Shown: piece after piece, positions 13,130 to 25,325 of the stretch
How positions within the stretch are numbered: the first letter of the stretch is position 1
How the letters are laid out: the number at the start of each line of letters is the position of its first letter
DNA from: Octopus vulgaris
Taxonomy: Eukaryota
DNA: 64,000 nt
Reading direction: 5' to 3'
NCBI GenBank assembly: GCA_951406725.2
Contig: OX597840.1
Span: 21,266,001-21,330,000, forward strand
Position numbers and translations under genes: made by a program
Notes under the pieces: generated by a model
What the model was told of the DNA's origin: nothing
Seen by the model: the letters and a program-made list of their open reading frames with translations, nothing else
The model's database searches: none

Positions 13130-13330
13130 CTTCTCTCTTGCTTTCCAATCTACAGACACAGACTCAGAGTAAGGCCATTCACTCGAACCATTTCTGCCAC
13201 AAATTCACTGGGAGATCGCATTTCTCTCTCCAACCCTCACTTTCCTTTCCGAGTGGAACTGAAAGAAAGTTGATGAGAGCTTGACCGAAGAGGAACCGGT
13301 TCAAAGAGTGCTTGAATCAGAAAAATGCAA
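13130..13330 (-). mobile_element. possible Tx1/L1-like LINE 3' fragment
   Basis: Frameshifted GQALINF...KVRLERE...MVRVNGLTLSL; recognised by resemblance only. Confidence 0.35.
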
Positions 13331-13399
13331 GATTTTAAGGTATTTTCCAATTTCAACGGATAAGAAGACAATAAATAATAAACCCGCACTGTCCAAATG

Positions 13400-13770
13400 A
13401 TGTTGGCATCACCTTCAAAATACATCCAAGGCTTGGACCACATGCCATCCGTCCACAACAAAAATCTAAATCGCATCTCATAACAACAATATGGCACAAT
13501 TATTTCACCTCAATTGGACTCGCTCTCTTCAACATTACACCAGGACACGTCAAAACAGAAACTGACCACACAAAATTCAAGAAGTCTTTGGACAAATTTC
13601 TTCAAACAGTGCCGGACAAACCACCCACATCCGGATATGTCTCCGCAAACAATAACTCTCTGCTCGAATGGGCCTTGGTGCCTAAATCCTGAATTGAAAG
13701 ACTTCGCCAGGTGGTGCTATTAAGTTAGACGTGGCCTGGGCCAATACTGGCCAAAACCTTTCTAAGTTAT
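13400..13770 (+). mobile_element. CR1/L2-group LINE 3' fragment
   Basis: A frame reads FKKSLDKFLQTVPDKPPTSGYVSANNNSLLEW, typical of the FK..LD.FL C-terminus of CR1/L2-like ORF2. Confidence 0.6.
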
Positions 13771-14088
13771 AACAAAAACAGAGAAAGAAAAGCAAATTTG
13801 CTTTCTGATTGATCCATCAAGACTGATTGAAGGATTGGGAAGAAAGAAGAAATAAAAAAAAAAATACAATCCCCTCAACATTTGAAATTGTGAGGGCTTA
13901 GAATATGGAAAACTGTGAAGGTTGTGCTTGTAATAAAAAACTGGTGCATTAGGGAGTTGAAGGGGATTGGAAAGGAATGTAGTGGAGAGCTTCCACAGAA
14001 AGTTTATTTCTTAGGAACAGGAAAGATTATCAGAGCACTTGGAAGATAATCGAAAGCTTATGGCTATCTTGGGTTACAGGGAGTAACC

Positions 14089-14119
<31 letters not shown>

Positions 14120-14645
14120 CACACAGATTCTACCAGGAATAAGACCAAACCTGAATTAAGTCAAATAATAATAATAATAATACTAATAATCCTTTCTATT
14201 AAAGGCACAAGGCCTGAAATTTTTTTTTTTGGGGGGGATAGTCAATTACATTGACCTCAGTGTATAACTGGTACTTCCCTGAAAGGATGAAAGGCAAAGT
14301 TGACCACAGCAGAATTTGAACCCAGAACCAGAACATAAAGACAGCTGAAATGCCATTAAACATTTTGCTAACGATCCTGCCAGCTCACCACCTTCAATAA
14401 TAATAATGCTGATGATGATGATGATGATGGTCCTTTCTACTATAGACACAAGGCCTGAAATTTGGGGGATTGGATTAGTTGATTACATCGACCCCAGTAC
14501 ATAACTGGTACTTATTTCATAAACCCGGAAAAAAGATGAAAGGGGAAAAGTCGACCTCGGCAGAATTAGAACTCAGAACGTGAGGACAGACCAAATGCTG
14601 CTGAGCGTTTTCCCCTGTGTGCTAACGACTCTGCCAGCTCACCAC

Positions 14646-14676
<31 letters not shown>

Positions 14677-15521
14677 ATAATAATAATAATAATGATAACT
14701 GGATATGTATTGCTGTGACTCACTGAAGAATTATTTTTGGTAACATTTAGCAACTGGGTGGGGTCAGTCACATCAAGAATACTGAAGGTGGATAAGGGGA
14801 AAGAAGAAGGAGAAGACGAAGGAGAGAGAGAGAGAGAGAGAGAGACGAGGGGGAAATGGAACAGAGTCGCCAGAAGGAGGTGGTGACTGCAGAAGTGCAC
14901 ACATTCGCGCGTGTGTGTGTGTGTGTGTGTAGCTGTTTCTGCTAACAGCTGCTAAGATAGCTGACACAGATCAAAACGTTAAGAAAAAAAAAACGGGTGG
15001 TGGTGGTGGGCGGAGGAGATGTGGGAAGGGAAGGAGGCCTCCGAAGGGTGCACAGACACACACAAATAATAGCATATGCACGTACATGCGCACGGATACA
15101 CATGTACTCAGTCACACACACACACATAAATCACACAGAGACTAGCAAGAAATGCCAAAAGCCTGCCAGTGTAAAACCACACACACAAGAGATAAACAAT
15201 CTCACACCAACAGAAATAAAATGAGGCCATATGTATTAATGTGTGTGTGTGTGTGTATGCAGATAGCTATGTATGTATATATATATATATATATATATAT
15301 ACATACAAACACACACACACACACGGCCTGGTGCAGTCTTCGGGCTTCCCAGACCCCAGTTTGAACCGTCCAACCCATGCTAGCATGGAAAGCAGACGTT
15401 AAACGTTGATGATGATAATGATGATGATGATGATGATATATATATATATATATACCGGAGTAAACACATAAATGTGAAACAAGGCAGAAAAAAAGAGTAC
15501 TCAAATACCAGTGGTAGAGTA

Positions 15522-15636
15522 ATATGCTTTATTTAAAGCAGCAGAAAATTCAACAAAACCTGTTACTCTGAGTTTCCCGTTGCCGTTCATCTCAGAGTAA
15601 CAGGTTTTGTTGAACTTTCTGCTGCTTTAAATAAAG

Positions 15637-15641
<5 letters not shown>
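15522..15641. repeat. 51-bp inverted repeat with 18-nt loop, containing a hammerhead relic on the minus strand
   Basis: Arms 15522-15572 and 15591-15641 differ at 2 positions. Minus strand reads gaGATGA-ACG(GCAA)CGg-GAAA-CTCaGAG-TA-ACAG. Confidence 0.85.
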
Positions 15642-15670
<29 letters not shown>

Positions 15671-16453
15671 TACAAACACATATGCCCGCATAAACACAAA
15701 CACACACATTATTTTCGTCTTGCTTGTTGAGTCTGAAAGAAGGGACAGTGCTCATGACCCTTGCAGGCCCTCTCAGACTGCCAAGATTGGTGCCTAAAAG
15801 AAAGACATCAGAGCAGAAGGGAGATTCCAGACAACTGAACTTTCGGGGACGAAAGACTGGGCATAGTAATTAATGAAAGGGAAGGGTGGTTGGATGCACC
15901 CCAGGGTGCTGAGAGATGGAAGGAAGTACATGACCTGATAGCTCTGAGGAGCAGGGGCCATTATAGTAGCAATATAAAAGAGAGAGGGATTGAAAAAAAG
16001 CTCCTTCCTGTGTCATATAAACTCACAGGGCCAGCTTCCCAGTTTCTCTGGCCTATATATTCCCTCCTAGAAGAGACCCATTTTTGCCAATTAAGTGGAC
16101 AGGAACGAAATGAAGTGTTTTGCTCAAAAAAACAATGTGTCACCCAGTCCAGGAATTGAAACCACAATCTTATGATCTTGAGCCCAACACCTTAACCACT
16201 AAGCCATGTGCCCCCACTCAGAGAGCGGGGACAATATGCTTGTGGGGCAGAGGCTGGAGGGTGTCTGTTAGTAATGGAAATTGAAAAGATGCTGACATGC
16301 AATACAAGCAGTTCTTTCCCGAATGTGAGAGCAGTGCTTCATTGAGGGCCTCATTGGGCCTTGCAGAGGGTCAGCAGTCTATCAGGCCGGCTCCCGTCAA
16401 ACCGTCCAACCCATGCCTGCATAGAAAGCGGACGTTGAACGATGATGATGAAC

Positions 16454-16614
16454 ATGGAGTGGCTGTGTGGTAAGTAGCTTGTTTACCAACCACATGGTTC
16501 CGGGTTCAGTCCCACTGCGTGGCATCTTGGGCAAGTGTCTTCTACTATACCCTCGGGCCGACCAAAGCCTTGTGAGTGGATTTGGTAGACGGAAACTGAA
16601 AGAAGCCCGTCGTA

Positions 16615-16680
<66 letters not shown>

Positions 16681-16895
16681 TGTGTGTGTTTGTGTGTCTG
16701 TGTTTGTCCCCCTAGCATTGCTCGACAACCGATGATGGTGTGTTTATGTCCCCGTTACTTAGCGGTTCGGCAAAAGAGTCCGATAGAATAAGTACTGGGC
16801 TTACAAAAGAATAAGTCCTCGGGTCGAGTTGCTCGACTAAAGGCGGTGCTCCAGCATGGCCGCAGTCATATGACTGAAACAAGTAAAAGAGTAAA
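16454..16895 (+). mobile_element. SINE family A copy
   Basis: Full consensus with long internal (TA)n. Confidence 0.85.
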
Positions 16896-18546
16896 GAGTA
16901 TGTGTCTGTAAAAGAGTAAAGAGTATGTGTCTGTATACACATACACACATGAGCATGCACACACACACACATACATTATTACATGCACATACACACATGC
17001 ATATGGAGAGATACATGCACGCATGCAAGATATGAGAAGCCAAATGTAAGAGGGAATAAATAAAAATTTAAAAAAAAAGGATGGAAAAGAAGAAGAAGAA
17101 GAAGCAACCAGTTTGGTAAAACGGGGTCGATGGGAAAGACAGACGATGGAATTCTACAATGGCGCTTGTATGAGTTTCAACCAAAATTCCTTTCAAATCC
17201 CATCCTAATTTCTTTGAAAAAAAGGAAACGTTGTATAATAAAGTCAGAATTACTACTGTTGAATGAATATTAGATGGGATGGTCACCAGTGGAATGTCTT
17301 CTTTCATAAGGCCCATTCGATTAAGGCTTGATACAAGACTCAACAACAGCAAATGGCTTCTAAAGAAAAGCTCCTCCCAAGAGAATAGCAACACACCAAT
17401 ATCTAACACACACCGATACAAAAGCCTTTCTGTATAACGCTTGTGTGTGCAAAGCCCCCCCCCCCCCACGCATGTTATTCTTTAATATACATAGGTATGG
17501 CTGTGTGGTAAGAAGCTTGCTTCCCAACCACATGGTTCCAGGTTCAGTCCCACTGCATAGCACCTTGATCAAGTGTCTTCTACTATAGTCTCAGACCGAC
17601 CAAAGCCTTGTGAGTGGATCTGGAAGATAGAAACTGAACGAAGCCTGTTGTGTGTGTGTGTGTGTGTGTGTCCCTGTGTTTGTGACCCACCCTCACTTGA
17701 TAACCAGTGTTGGTGTGTTTATGTCCCCATAACTTTGAGGCTTGACAAAAAGTGACTGATAGACTATGTATCAGGCTTTAAAAAAAATTAAGGGTAAATT
17801 CATTTGATAAAAATCCTTCCAGATGGTGCCCCAGCATGGCCACAGTCTAATGACAAACAAGCAAAAGGTAAAAGACACACACACACACACACAAATAATA
17901 ACTCTTTTAAAAATAGACACAGGGTCTGAAATTTGTGGGGAGGGGGAGCTGGTTACTAAATCGACCCCAGTCCTCAACTGATATTTATTTTACTGACCCC
18001 GAAAGGATAAAAGGCAAAGTCCACCTCGGCAGTATTTGAACTCAGAATGTAAAGAACCAGATGAAATGTCACAAAGTATTTTGTCCAGTGGGGTAACAAT
18101 TATGCAAGAAATTTCGGCACAACGCCAGCAATGTTTTTATGGGTAGGGGATTAAAGGATTACACTGACCCCAGTGCTAGACTATTACATAATGTATTTTA
18201 TCACCCGCCCCCGCTAAAAGGAAGAAAGACAAGACATTTGTCCAACATGTTAACGATCCTGCGGGTTTGCCACTTTAATTATTTTAATAATTAGCTGTAA
18301 GCATGGCTGGGGGCACTGCTTTGAAAGGGGGTAAGTTGATCAATTCAACCTGAGCTGTTTTAAAGAAGACGCTTTGCTGAGGTGCCACGGAGGGGGACTG
18401 AACCGGAAATCATGCGGTTGCGAAGTGAGCTTCTTAACCACACAGCCTTGTCTGTGCATAGAGGTGTAGGTGTACGTCTTCATCATCATTATCGCATGTG
18501 CATATATGTGTGTGTGTACGTATGTATGTGTGTATGTATGTATGTG

Positions 18547-18598
<52 letters not shown>

Positions 18599-18686
18599 CA
18601 CATATGTATGTATGTATGTGTGTATGTATATATTATTTTAAGAAGAAAGCGGTCCAGAGTCTTTGAAGTTTTAGTTTACTTTCTCA

Positions 18687-18733
18687 GACAGTCGGAAGGA
18701 GGAAACTGAGCCAAAAACTTCTCGGTCACTGTC
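18687..18733 (+). ncRNA. decayed hammerhead relic
   Basis: Perfect 6-bp stem I GACAGT/ACTGTC with the GTC triplet correctly placed. Core reads CGGAAGG (vs CTGANGA) and AAAA (vs GAAA). Lies in an insert between (TA)n tracts. Confidence 0.35.
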
Positions 18734-18816
18734 AACCTTTTCCACACTAAAATAATTGTGATACTCTCCATAAATGCATTGACTGTTTCTTCAATTAAAG
18801 TTGGACCTGCTTTTAC

Positions 18817-18857
<41 letters not shown>

Positions 18858-19337
18858 ACTATACACAAAACCTAAAAGCACGAATGCACACACCCACACA
18901 AAACGCTAATGTACAACAGGTTTAATAATAAATCTGTAATATTGTTATTATAACTTCTGCGTATCTGCACGTTACACTTAGCCAACAATTCGTTTCTATA
19001 TGCACACACACACACAGTTTGTTTCTGCCGAGTTGTGAATGAAAAATAGTTGTGAATGGCTGTTTAAAGTGGAAGGAGGTTGAAAGTGAGACATTTCTGT
19101 ACATCATGTAGGAGAAAGAAACACTGCATTACATGTATGTATGTACATACGCATGTGTGTGTGTCTGCTTCTGTTTGTGTGTGTGTGTGAAGGAGAGAGA
19201 AGCCGGCTACTTGGGCATACACAGACATAGCAGTTGAAAAGTAGAACAAACAGACAGAACCGTAACACAGTGAGTGAGTGTGACTAAAAAGCCCCGGGTA
19301 GACCACCCTTTAACCGTAAGAGATCAGCTGTACTTGC

Positions 19338-19376
19338 CTCGGCTCGCTGGGTGGCAGTTCTCCTGAATTCAATCAT
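19338..19376 (-). CDS. candidate alternative first coding exon with GC donor (MIEFRRTATQRAE)
   Basis: ATG ATT GAA TTC AGG AGA ACT GCC ACC CAG CGA GCC GAG|GCAAGT: 13 codons, phase 0, otherwise consensus GC-AG donor. Confidence 0.3.
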
Positions 19377-19730
19377 GGTTCATGTTGGTACATGCTTACG
19401 ACACTAATAATACTAACAAAGACATAACGAACACACCAATCACTCTCTTTCTCTCTCTCTCTTTCTTTCTCTCTCTCTCTATCCCTCTCTCTGGTGAGCT
19501 GGTGATTTCCTATTATTAAAAAATACATATATTGTTCCTCGTTTCATCGAAGTTCAACCACCATGCTATCTTATCAGTCTCTCTCTCTCTCACTTTACCC
19601 TTTCATATATACATACATATCTACACATATATATACATATATACATTCTTTGTGGAAAATGGCGATTTTGACGTCTATATCTAGCATATATGCTGTCCAC
19701 TTTTTTAGTGGTTAGTCCTCTAAATTTTGT

Positions 19731-19786
<56 letters not shown>

Positions 19787-21247
19787 ATACATACATATAG
19801 ACAGACAGGCAGATAGATAGATAGAGAGATGGATAGAGAGATATAGGCATGCATGTATGTATATTACTCTCAACTCTTTTATTTGTTTCAGTCATTTGAC
19901 TGTGGCAATGCTGGAGCACCACCTTTAGTCGAGCAAATTGACCCCAGGACTTATTCTTTGTAAGCGTAGTACTTATTCTATCAGTCTCTTTTGCCGAACT
20001 ACTAAGTTACGGGGACGCAAACACACCAGCATCGGTTGTCAGGCGATGTTGGGGGGACAAACAGACACACACACATATACACACACACACGCACACACAT
20101 ACATATATACAACAGGCTTCTTTCACTTTCCGTCTACCGAATCCACTCGCAAGGCTTTGGTCGGCCCGAGGCTATAGAAGAAAACACTTGCCTAAGGTGC
20201 CATGCAGTGGGATTGAACCCAGAACCATGTCACAGATTGACTCAAGAGCCAAGAGTTTCGCTGATAACTATACACATGTATACAATTATGTGCTTTGACT
20301 ACAGCATCAGAGCATTTTAGCTCTTATTTCTAGCAATGTAGGTGTTTCTAACACCCGAGTCATGTTTCGTGACAATTATATTAATTTTCTGTGTGCGTGT
20401 GTGGCACATAAAAGGCACCATTCGAGCATGACTGGCTCCTGTGCTGTTAGCATGTAAAAAGCACCATTTGAGCATGGTTGATGCCAGTTCCGCTTGATTG
20501 GCCTCTGTGCCAGTGGCATGTAAAAAGCACCCACTACACTCTCGGAGTGGTTGGCGTTAGGAAGGGCATCCAGCTGTAGAAACCTTACCAGATCAGACTA
20601 GCACAGAAAACGGACGTTAAGCGATGATGATGATGATGATGTTGATCATTGATAATGCATGATTAATTCAAAATGAAGTCAATAAATAAGCTTTGCATTT
20701 TACAAGCTGGCCGGATCTGGCCTCTTGTACCAAGCCTACAATGACATTCTAGAAATAAGCAATTATAATCATCAACATCTCAAAGCTTGGAGAAAATGCA
20801 TGATTAATTCAAAATAATGCGAGTAAGCGTCACATTTGACAAGAGTGGTCTGAATGCTAAGGGGTCAGGACAGAATGGGTTTAACACAAGCAAGGGACAC
20901 AAACTGACTGACTAAAGAATAAGCAAACGATCACTCAAGCTAGTTGATTAGTTCGTTAACCAGCAAAATGATTTTTAGAGTCCTTGATCAGAACTAATGT
21001 ACTGAGGAGTTGGTTATTGTTTGTGAGTGAAAACGTGATATTGATTGCAAGACAAAGGGAAGAATTATTTAATTATTCATAACAAAAAGTAAACTCCGAT
21101 CACAAGACTTTCATCATCGTCATCCTTCACTTCAGCAATGTAGCCAGTTATTCTTTCTCCTCCCCCTCCTCCATGGCCACCACCAACAACACTTACTTCA
21201 CGTTCTAGAACCCACAGGGATGGTTATCTGGTTTCCATGGCACCACC

Positions 21248-21280
<33 letters not shown>

Positions 21281-21824
21281 GTACCAGGCAGTGGCTCTCA
21301 TGGCTTCTGATCTTAACTGATTGGAAGTGTTATCATGTACATTGTTTTGTCTTGGTATAAAAGATGGGCTACAGCAAATATTCTGCTCAATACCACAGAT
21401 TTGCTTGTCTGTTGTTTGACCTTAAACAGTTGACCATGTCCCTTAGTGGCTGACAATATGTGCATCTCTGATCACGAGCAGAAGTAGTGGGGGAGCATCA
21501 TAGCCACGTGTTGAGAGGAATTCTTAGAGGTTTGGATAATTCACCTTTGGAAACATGGTGGTTTATTCAACATCCTTAAACAACACTTATTCAGGGACCT
21601 TTTGAGCAGGATGGGTTACTCGACCAGAAGAAAATTCTAACTGGGCCCCACCTGCAAGGTCATGCACTGTTAAACTTGATATGAGATCACCATATCGCGC
21701 ACATAGGGTTGTGATGCATGTGCCTGGTGTACCCTTATCAGACAGGTAGTCATGATGGGTATATTAGGCTTCGTATATTTGTACCCCAGTGTCACTTTGA
21801 TGGCATGCACTGCTCTCTCACTCA
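21281..21824. mobile_element. ~545-bp non-coding interspersed element flanked by (AAT)n
   Basis: Further copies at ~57915-58385 and ~59845-60140. This copy has (AAT)n on both sides. Confidence 0.65.
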
Positions 21825-22408
21825 ATAATAATAATAATAATTTAATGTCCGTTTTCCAAGATGGTATGGGTTGGATGGTTTGACATGGCCAAGTAGTTAA
21901 GAAGCTTGCTTCCAGCCATGCAGTTTTGGGTTCAATCCCACAGCAAGCTGCCTTGGGCCAATGTTTATCTTGTTGAGCTTTGTACTGACCAATGCCTTGT
22001 AAGTGAGCTTGTTAAAGCAGTGGTTCTGAACCATTTTTTAAAATCTATGAACCCCTTTCATCCCTATTTGATTTAGATGGGGTTTGGGGTGGGAGGAACA
22101 GAACCATTCAATGTCTAAAAACTCCCATTGTATGTTTAGGATTAAAAATCTAGGAATTGTATATTAAAAAAAAAAATGGTTTAATAAATATTTTGTGTGT
22201 TGCAGAAATGTAACCAGTTTATTGCACATCAATTTTAGCAGCAAAATCTTACATGGGATTCTGCATTAGATGGATGCTGTACAGAAACACAGTGTGTGTG
22301 TGTGTGTGTGTGTCTGCAGTGCATGTGTAGTTGTTGTTGTTGTTAAGCCACAAGACGGGTAAGGGTGATTAGGTGAAGGTCTAGGGCTTAGGGGCGAAGA
22401 CCCCAGAC

Positions 22409-22543
22409 CTTGGAAAAAAAATAAATCTTGGTCATCTTGTTGTAGTGGAGGGCTCTTCGTTGACGCCCGGCACCACTGCGAAGTGGCCCTCGAAGTCGCT
22501 GGAAATGGAGATCTCCAGGTCCAAATTCTTGGACAGCGTGCAT
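22409..22543 (-). CDS. candidate alternative first coding exon of shep (MHAVQEFGPGDLHFQRLRGPLRSGAGRQRRALHYNKMTKIYFFSK)
   Basis: GC/CpG-rich unique island; 45 codons from ATG to AAG|GTCTGG in phase 0; second in-frame ATG at 22435. Donor is only moderately strong. Confidence 0.4.
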
Positions 22544-23468
22544 GTGTGTGAGTGTGTGTGTGTGTGTGTGTGTTTTCAGCTGATATAGCCTCAATGATGA
22601 CATTGTTTATGTTTCTGATAAACAAAACATCTGACAGTTATTCAGCAAGTAAAGGACGCAGAGTCAAGCAGCCCTTAGTTGAAAACTGAGCAAGGGTTGG
22701 CATCAGGAAGGGCATCCAGCCACAGAATACAGCTGCGAGAAATTTAGTCCAATCCATACCAACATGGAATATAACTGACAGAAAACGCATGACTGATTAT
22801 GACAATAATGAGGAGACTAGTGATGGTCATTTGGTATTTTCTATGGAATAAAATCTGCTTCAATTAATCCGATGGTATTCTTTCATTGTTATGCATCAGG
22901 AGGCCATAAATTTCCTGTATTTGGTATATTTGTATGTCCTGTATTTTGTACACTTGTTGGATACTTAGTTTCCATATTTTATATATTCATATGTCTATGT
23001 ATCTATATATTTTGGAGGAGTTTGTCATGCAAGTTACGTGGTGACCCCACTAGTGTTGGTGCCCTCAAAATAAATAAATAAATAAAAAAAATAAAATAAA
23101 AAAGCACCCAGTACACTCTGTAAAAGTGGTTGGCATTACAAAGGGAATTCGGAAATAGAAACCATTCCAAAGCAGACAAGGGGACTTTGGCACAGAGTTC
23201 TGCCTCACCAGCTCTTCTCAAACTGTCCAACCCATGCCAGCATGGAAAGCAGACATAAAATGACAATGAGGATTTTCTGTGTTTGTCCATTGGTTGGAAA
23301 TATATATATTCTGTATTTCACATATTTATACATCCTGTATTATTTTTTACACTAAATGGATATATATATTGTGTTTTAAATATCTATACATCCTGTATTC
23401 TATACATTGGTTGGAAATATATATTCTATTATTTACATATCTTTACGTCTTGTATTTTATACATTAGT

Positions 23469-23542
<74 letters not shown>

Positions 23543-23547
23543 TATAC

Positions 23548-23713
23548 AGGAGTGGCTGCGTGGTAAGTATCTTGTTTACCAACCACACGGTTCTGGGATC
23601 AGTCCCACTGCGTGGCACCTTGGGCAAGTGTCTTCTACTATAGCCTCGGGCCGACCAGAGCCTTGTGAGTGGATTTGGTAGATAGAAACTGAAAGAAGCC
23701 TGTCGTATATATG

Positions 23714-23750
<37 letters not shown>

Positions 23751-23955
23751 TTGTGTGTCTGTGTTTGTCCCCCTAGCATTGCTTGACAACCGATGCTGGT
23801 GTGTTTATGTCCCCGTTACTTAGCGGTTCGGCAAAAGAGACCGATAGAATAAGTACTGGGCTTACAAAAGAATAAGTCCCGGGGTCGAGTTGCTCGATTA
23901 AAAGCGGTGCTCCAGTATGGCCACAGTCAAATGACTGAAACAAGTAAAAGAGTAA
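23548..23955 (+). mobile_element. SINE family A copy
   Basis: Full consensus. Confidence 0.85.
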
Positions 23956-24504
23956 AAGAGAGAGTAAAGAGATACATAGTTCAGATTTATAGAAAAACAA
24001 AAGACAAAGACAGGTGTAGGAGCAACAAACAGGTGTGTTAGTTTAATATTAGTAATCAAAGTGGTGGTGGTGGTGGGGGGGAATTACAAAAATACACGGC
24101 CAACATATATACATACACACACAATGGGCTTCCATCCAGTTTCCTTTAACCAAATTCACTCATAAGGCATTAGTTGGCCTGTCTTTCACCACTGCTTGAC
24201 AACCAGTGATGGTTTGTTTATGTCCGTGTAACTTAACAGTTTGCTAAAAGAGACCGATAGAATAAGTACCATGCTAAAAAATAAGTCCTGGGTCAATTTT
24301 TTTTTTTACTAAAATTCTACAAGGCAGTGCTCCAGCATGGGGGTCTGTAACTGAGCAGTTTGGCAAAAAGACACTGACAGAATAAGAACCAGACTCAAAA
24401 TAAAAGGAAGTCTGACCAAAATTCGAGGCATTGCCCCAGAATGGCCACAGTCTAATGACTGAAACAAGTGAAAGAGCAAAAGAAAAGTTAAAGGAAACAT
24501 ACGC

Positions 24505-24761
24505 ATGCATGTGTGTGTGTATATATGTATGTATATATATATGTGTGTGTGTGTATGTATGTATATGTATATGTGTGTGTGTCTATATGTATGTATATAT
24601 ATATGTGTGTGTGTGTGTATGTATGTATATATATATATATATGTGTGTGTATGTATATGTATGTATATATATGTGTATGTGTATATATATATATATATGT
24701 GTGTATGTATATACATATATATATATATATGTGTGTGTGTGTATGTATATGTATATATAAA

Positions 24762-24792
<31 letters not shown>

Positions 24793-24805
24793 GTGTATAT
24801 ATATA

Positions 24806-24836
<31 letters not shown>

Positions 24837-24839
24837 GTG

Positions 24840-24870
<31 letters not shown>

Positions 24871-24883
24871 ATATATATATGTG

Positions 24884-24914
<31 letters not shown>

Positions 24915-24933
24915 ATATATATATATGTATATA

Positions 24934-24978
<45 letters not shown>

Positions 24979-25000
24979 GTATGTGTGTATATATATATGT
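24505..25000. repeat. compound (TA)n/(TG)n microsatellite
   Basis: Visible directly. Similar blocks at 120-830, 28010-28340, 40780-41380, 49390-49720, 54640-55145 and 61085-61305. Confidence 0.95.
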
Positions 25001-25113
25001 CTCAACATGCCTCACTGATTTTATCAGAAAATGCCGCTGTTGCCGCAACTCTCTTTCTCCCACCCCCATCTCCCCCTCTCGTCTCCATGTTTCTACGTTA
25101 CACAACTCAGGAC

Positions 25114-25168
<55 letters not shown>

Positions 25169-25229
25169 GGAGCTTTTCCCACCGCAGCCACAAGTAGGTG
25201 GGCCCCAGTCGGCGATGTCTTCAGCTCAC

Positions 25230-25325
25230 CAATTCAATCGATAAATCCTGTTTGTTGTTTGTACAGATAGTTGTTGTGCAGCCAGGTTGGTTACCTGACA
25301 TCTTCCGAGACCAGCCCACGTTCAT
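25230..25325 (-). CDS. candidate alternative first coding exon of shep ([32 protein letters not shown])
   Basis: ATG-initiated, exactly 32 codons, ending at TTG|GTGAGC in phase 0, compatible with the 8835 acceptor. Lies in a unique non-repeat island. No homology support. Confidence 0.45.

Noticed and set aside
24488-25244. Long ORFs of 200-243 aa (also 40733-41425 and 54558-55341)
   Set aside because: Translations of TA/TG/CA microsatellites ([12 protein letters not shown]); not coding.
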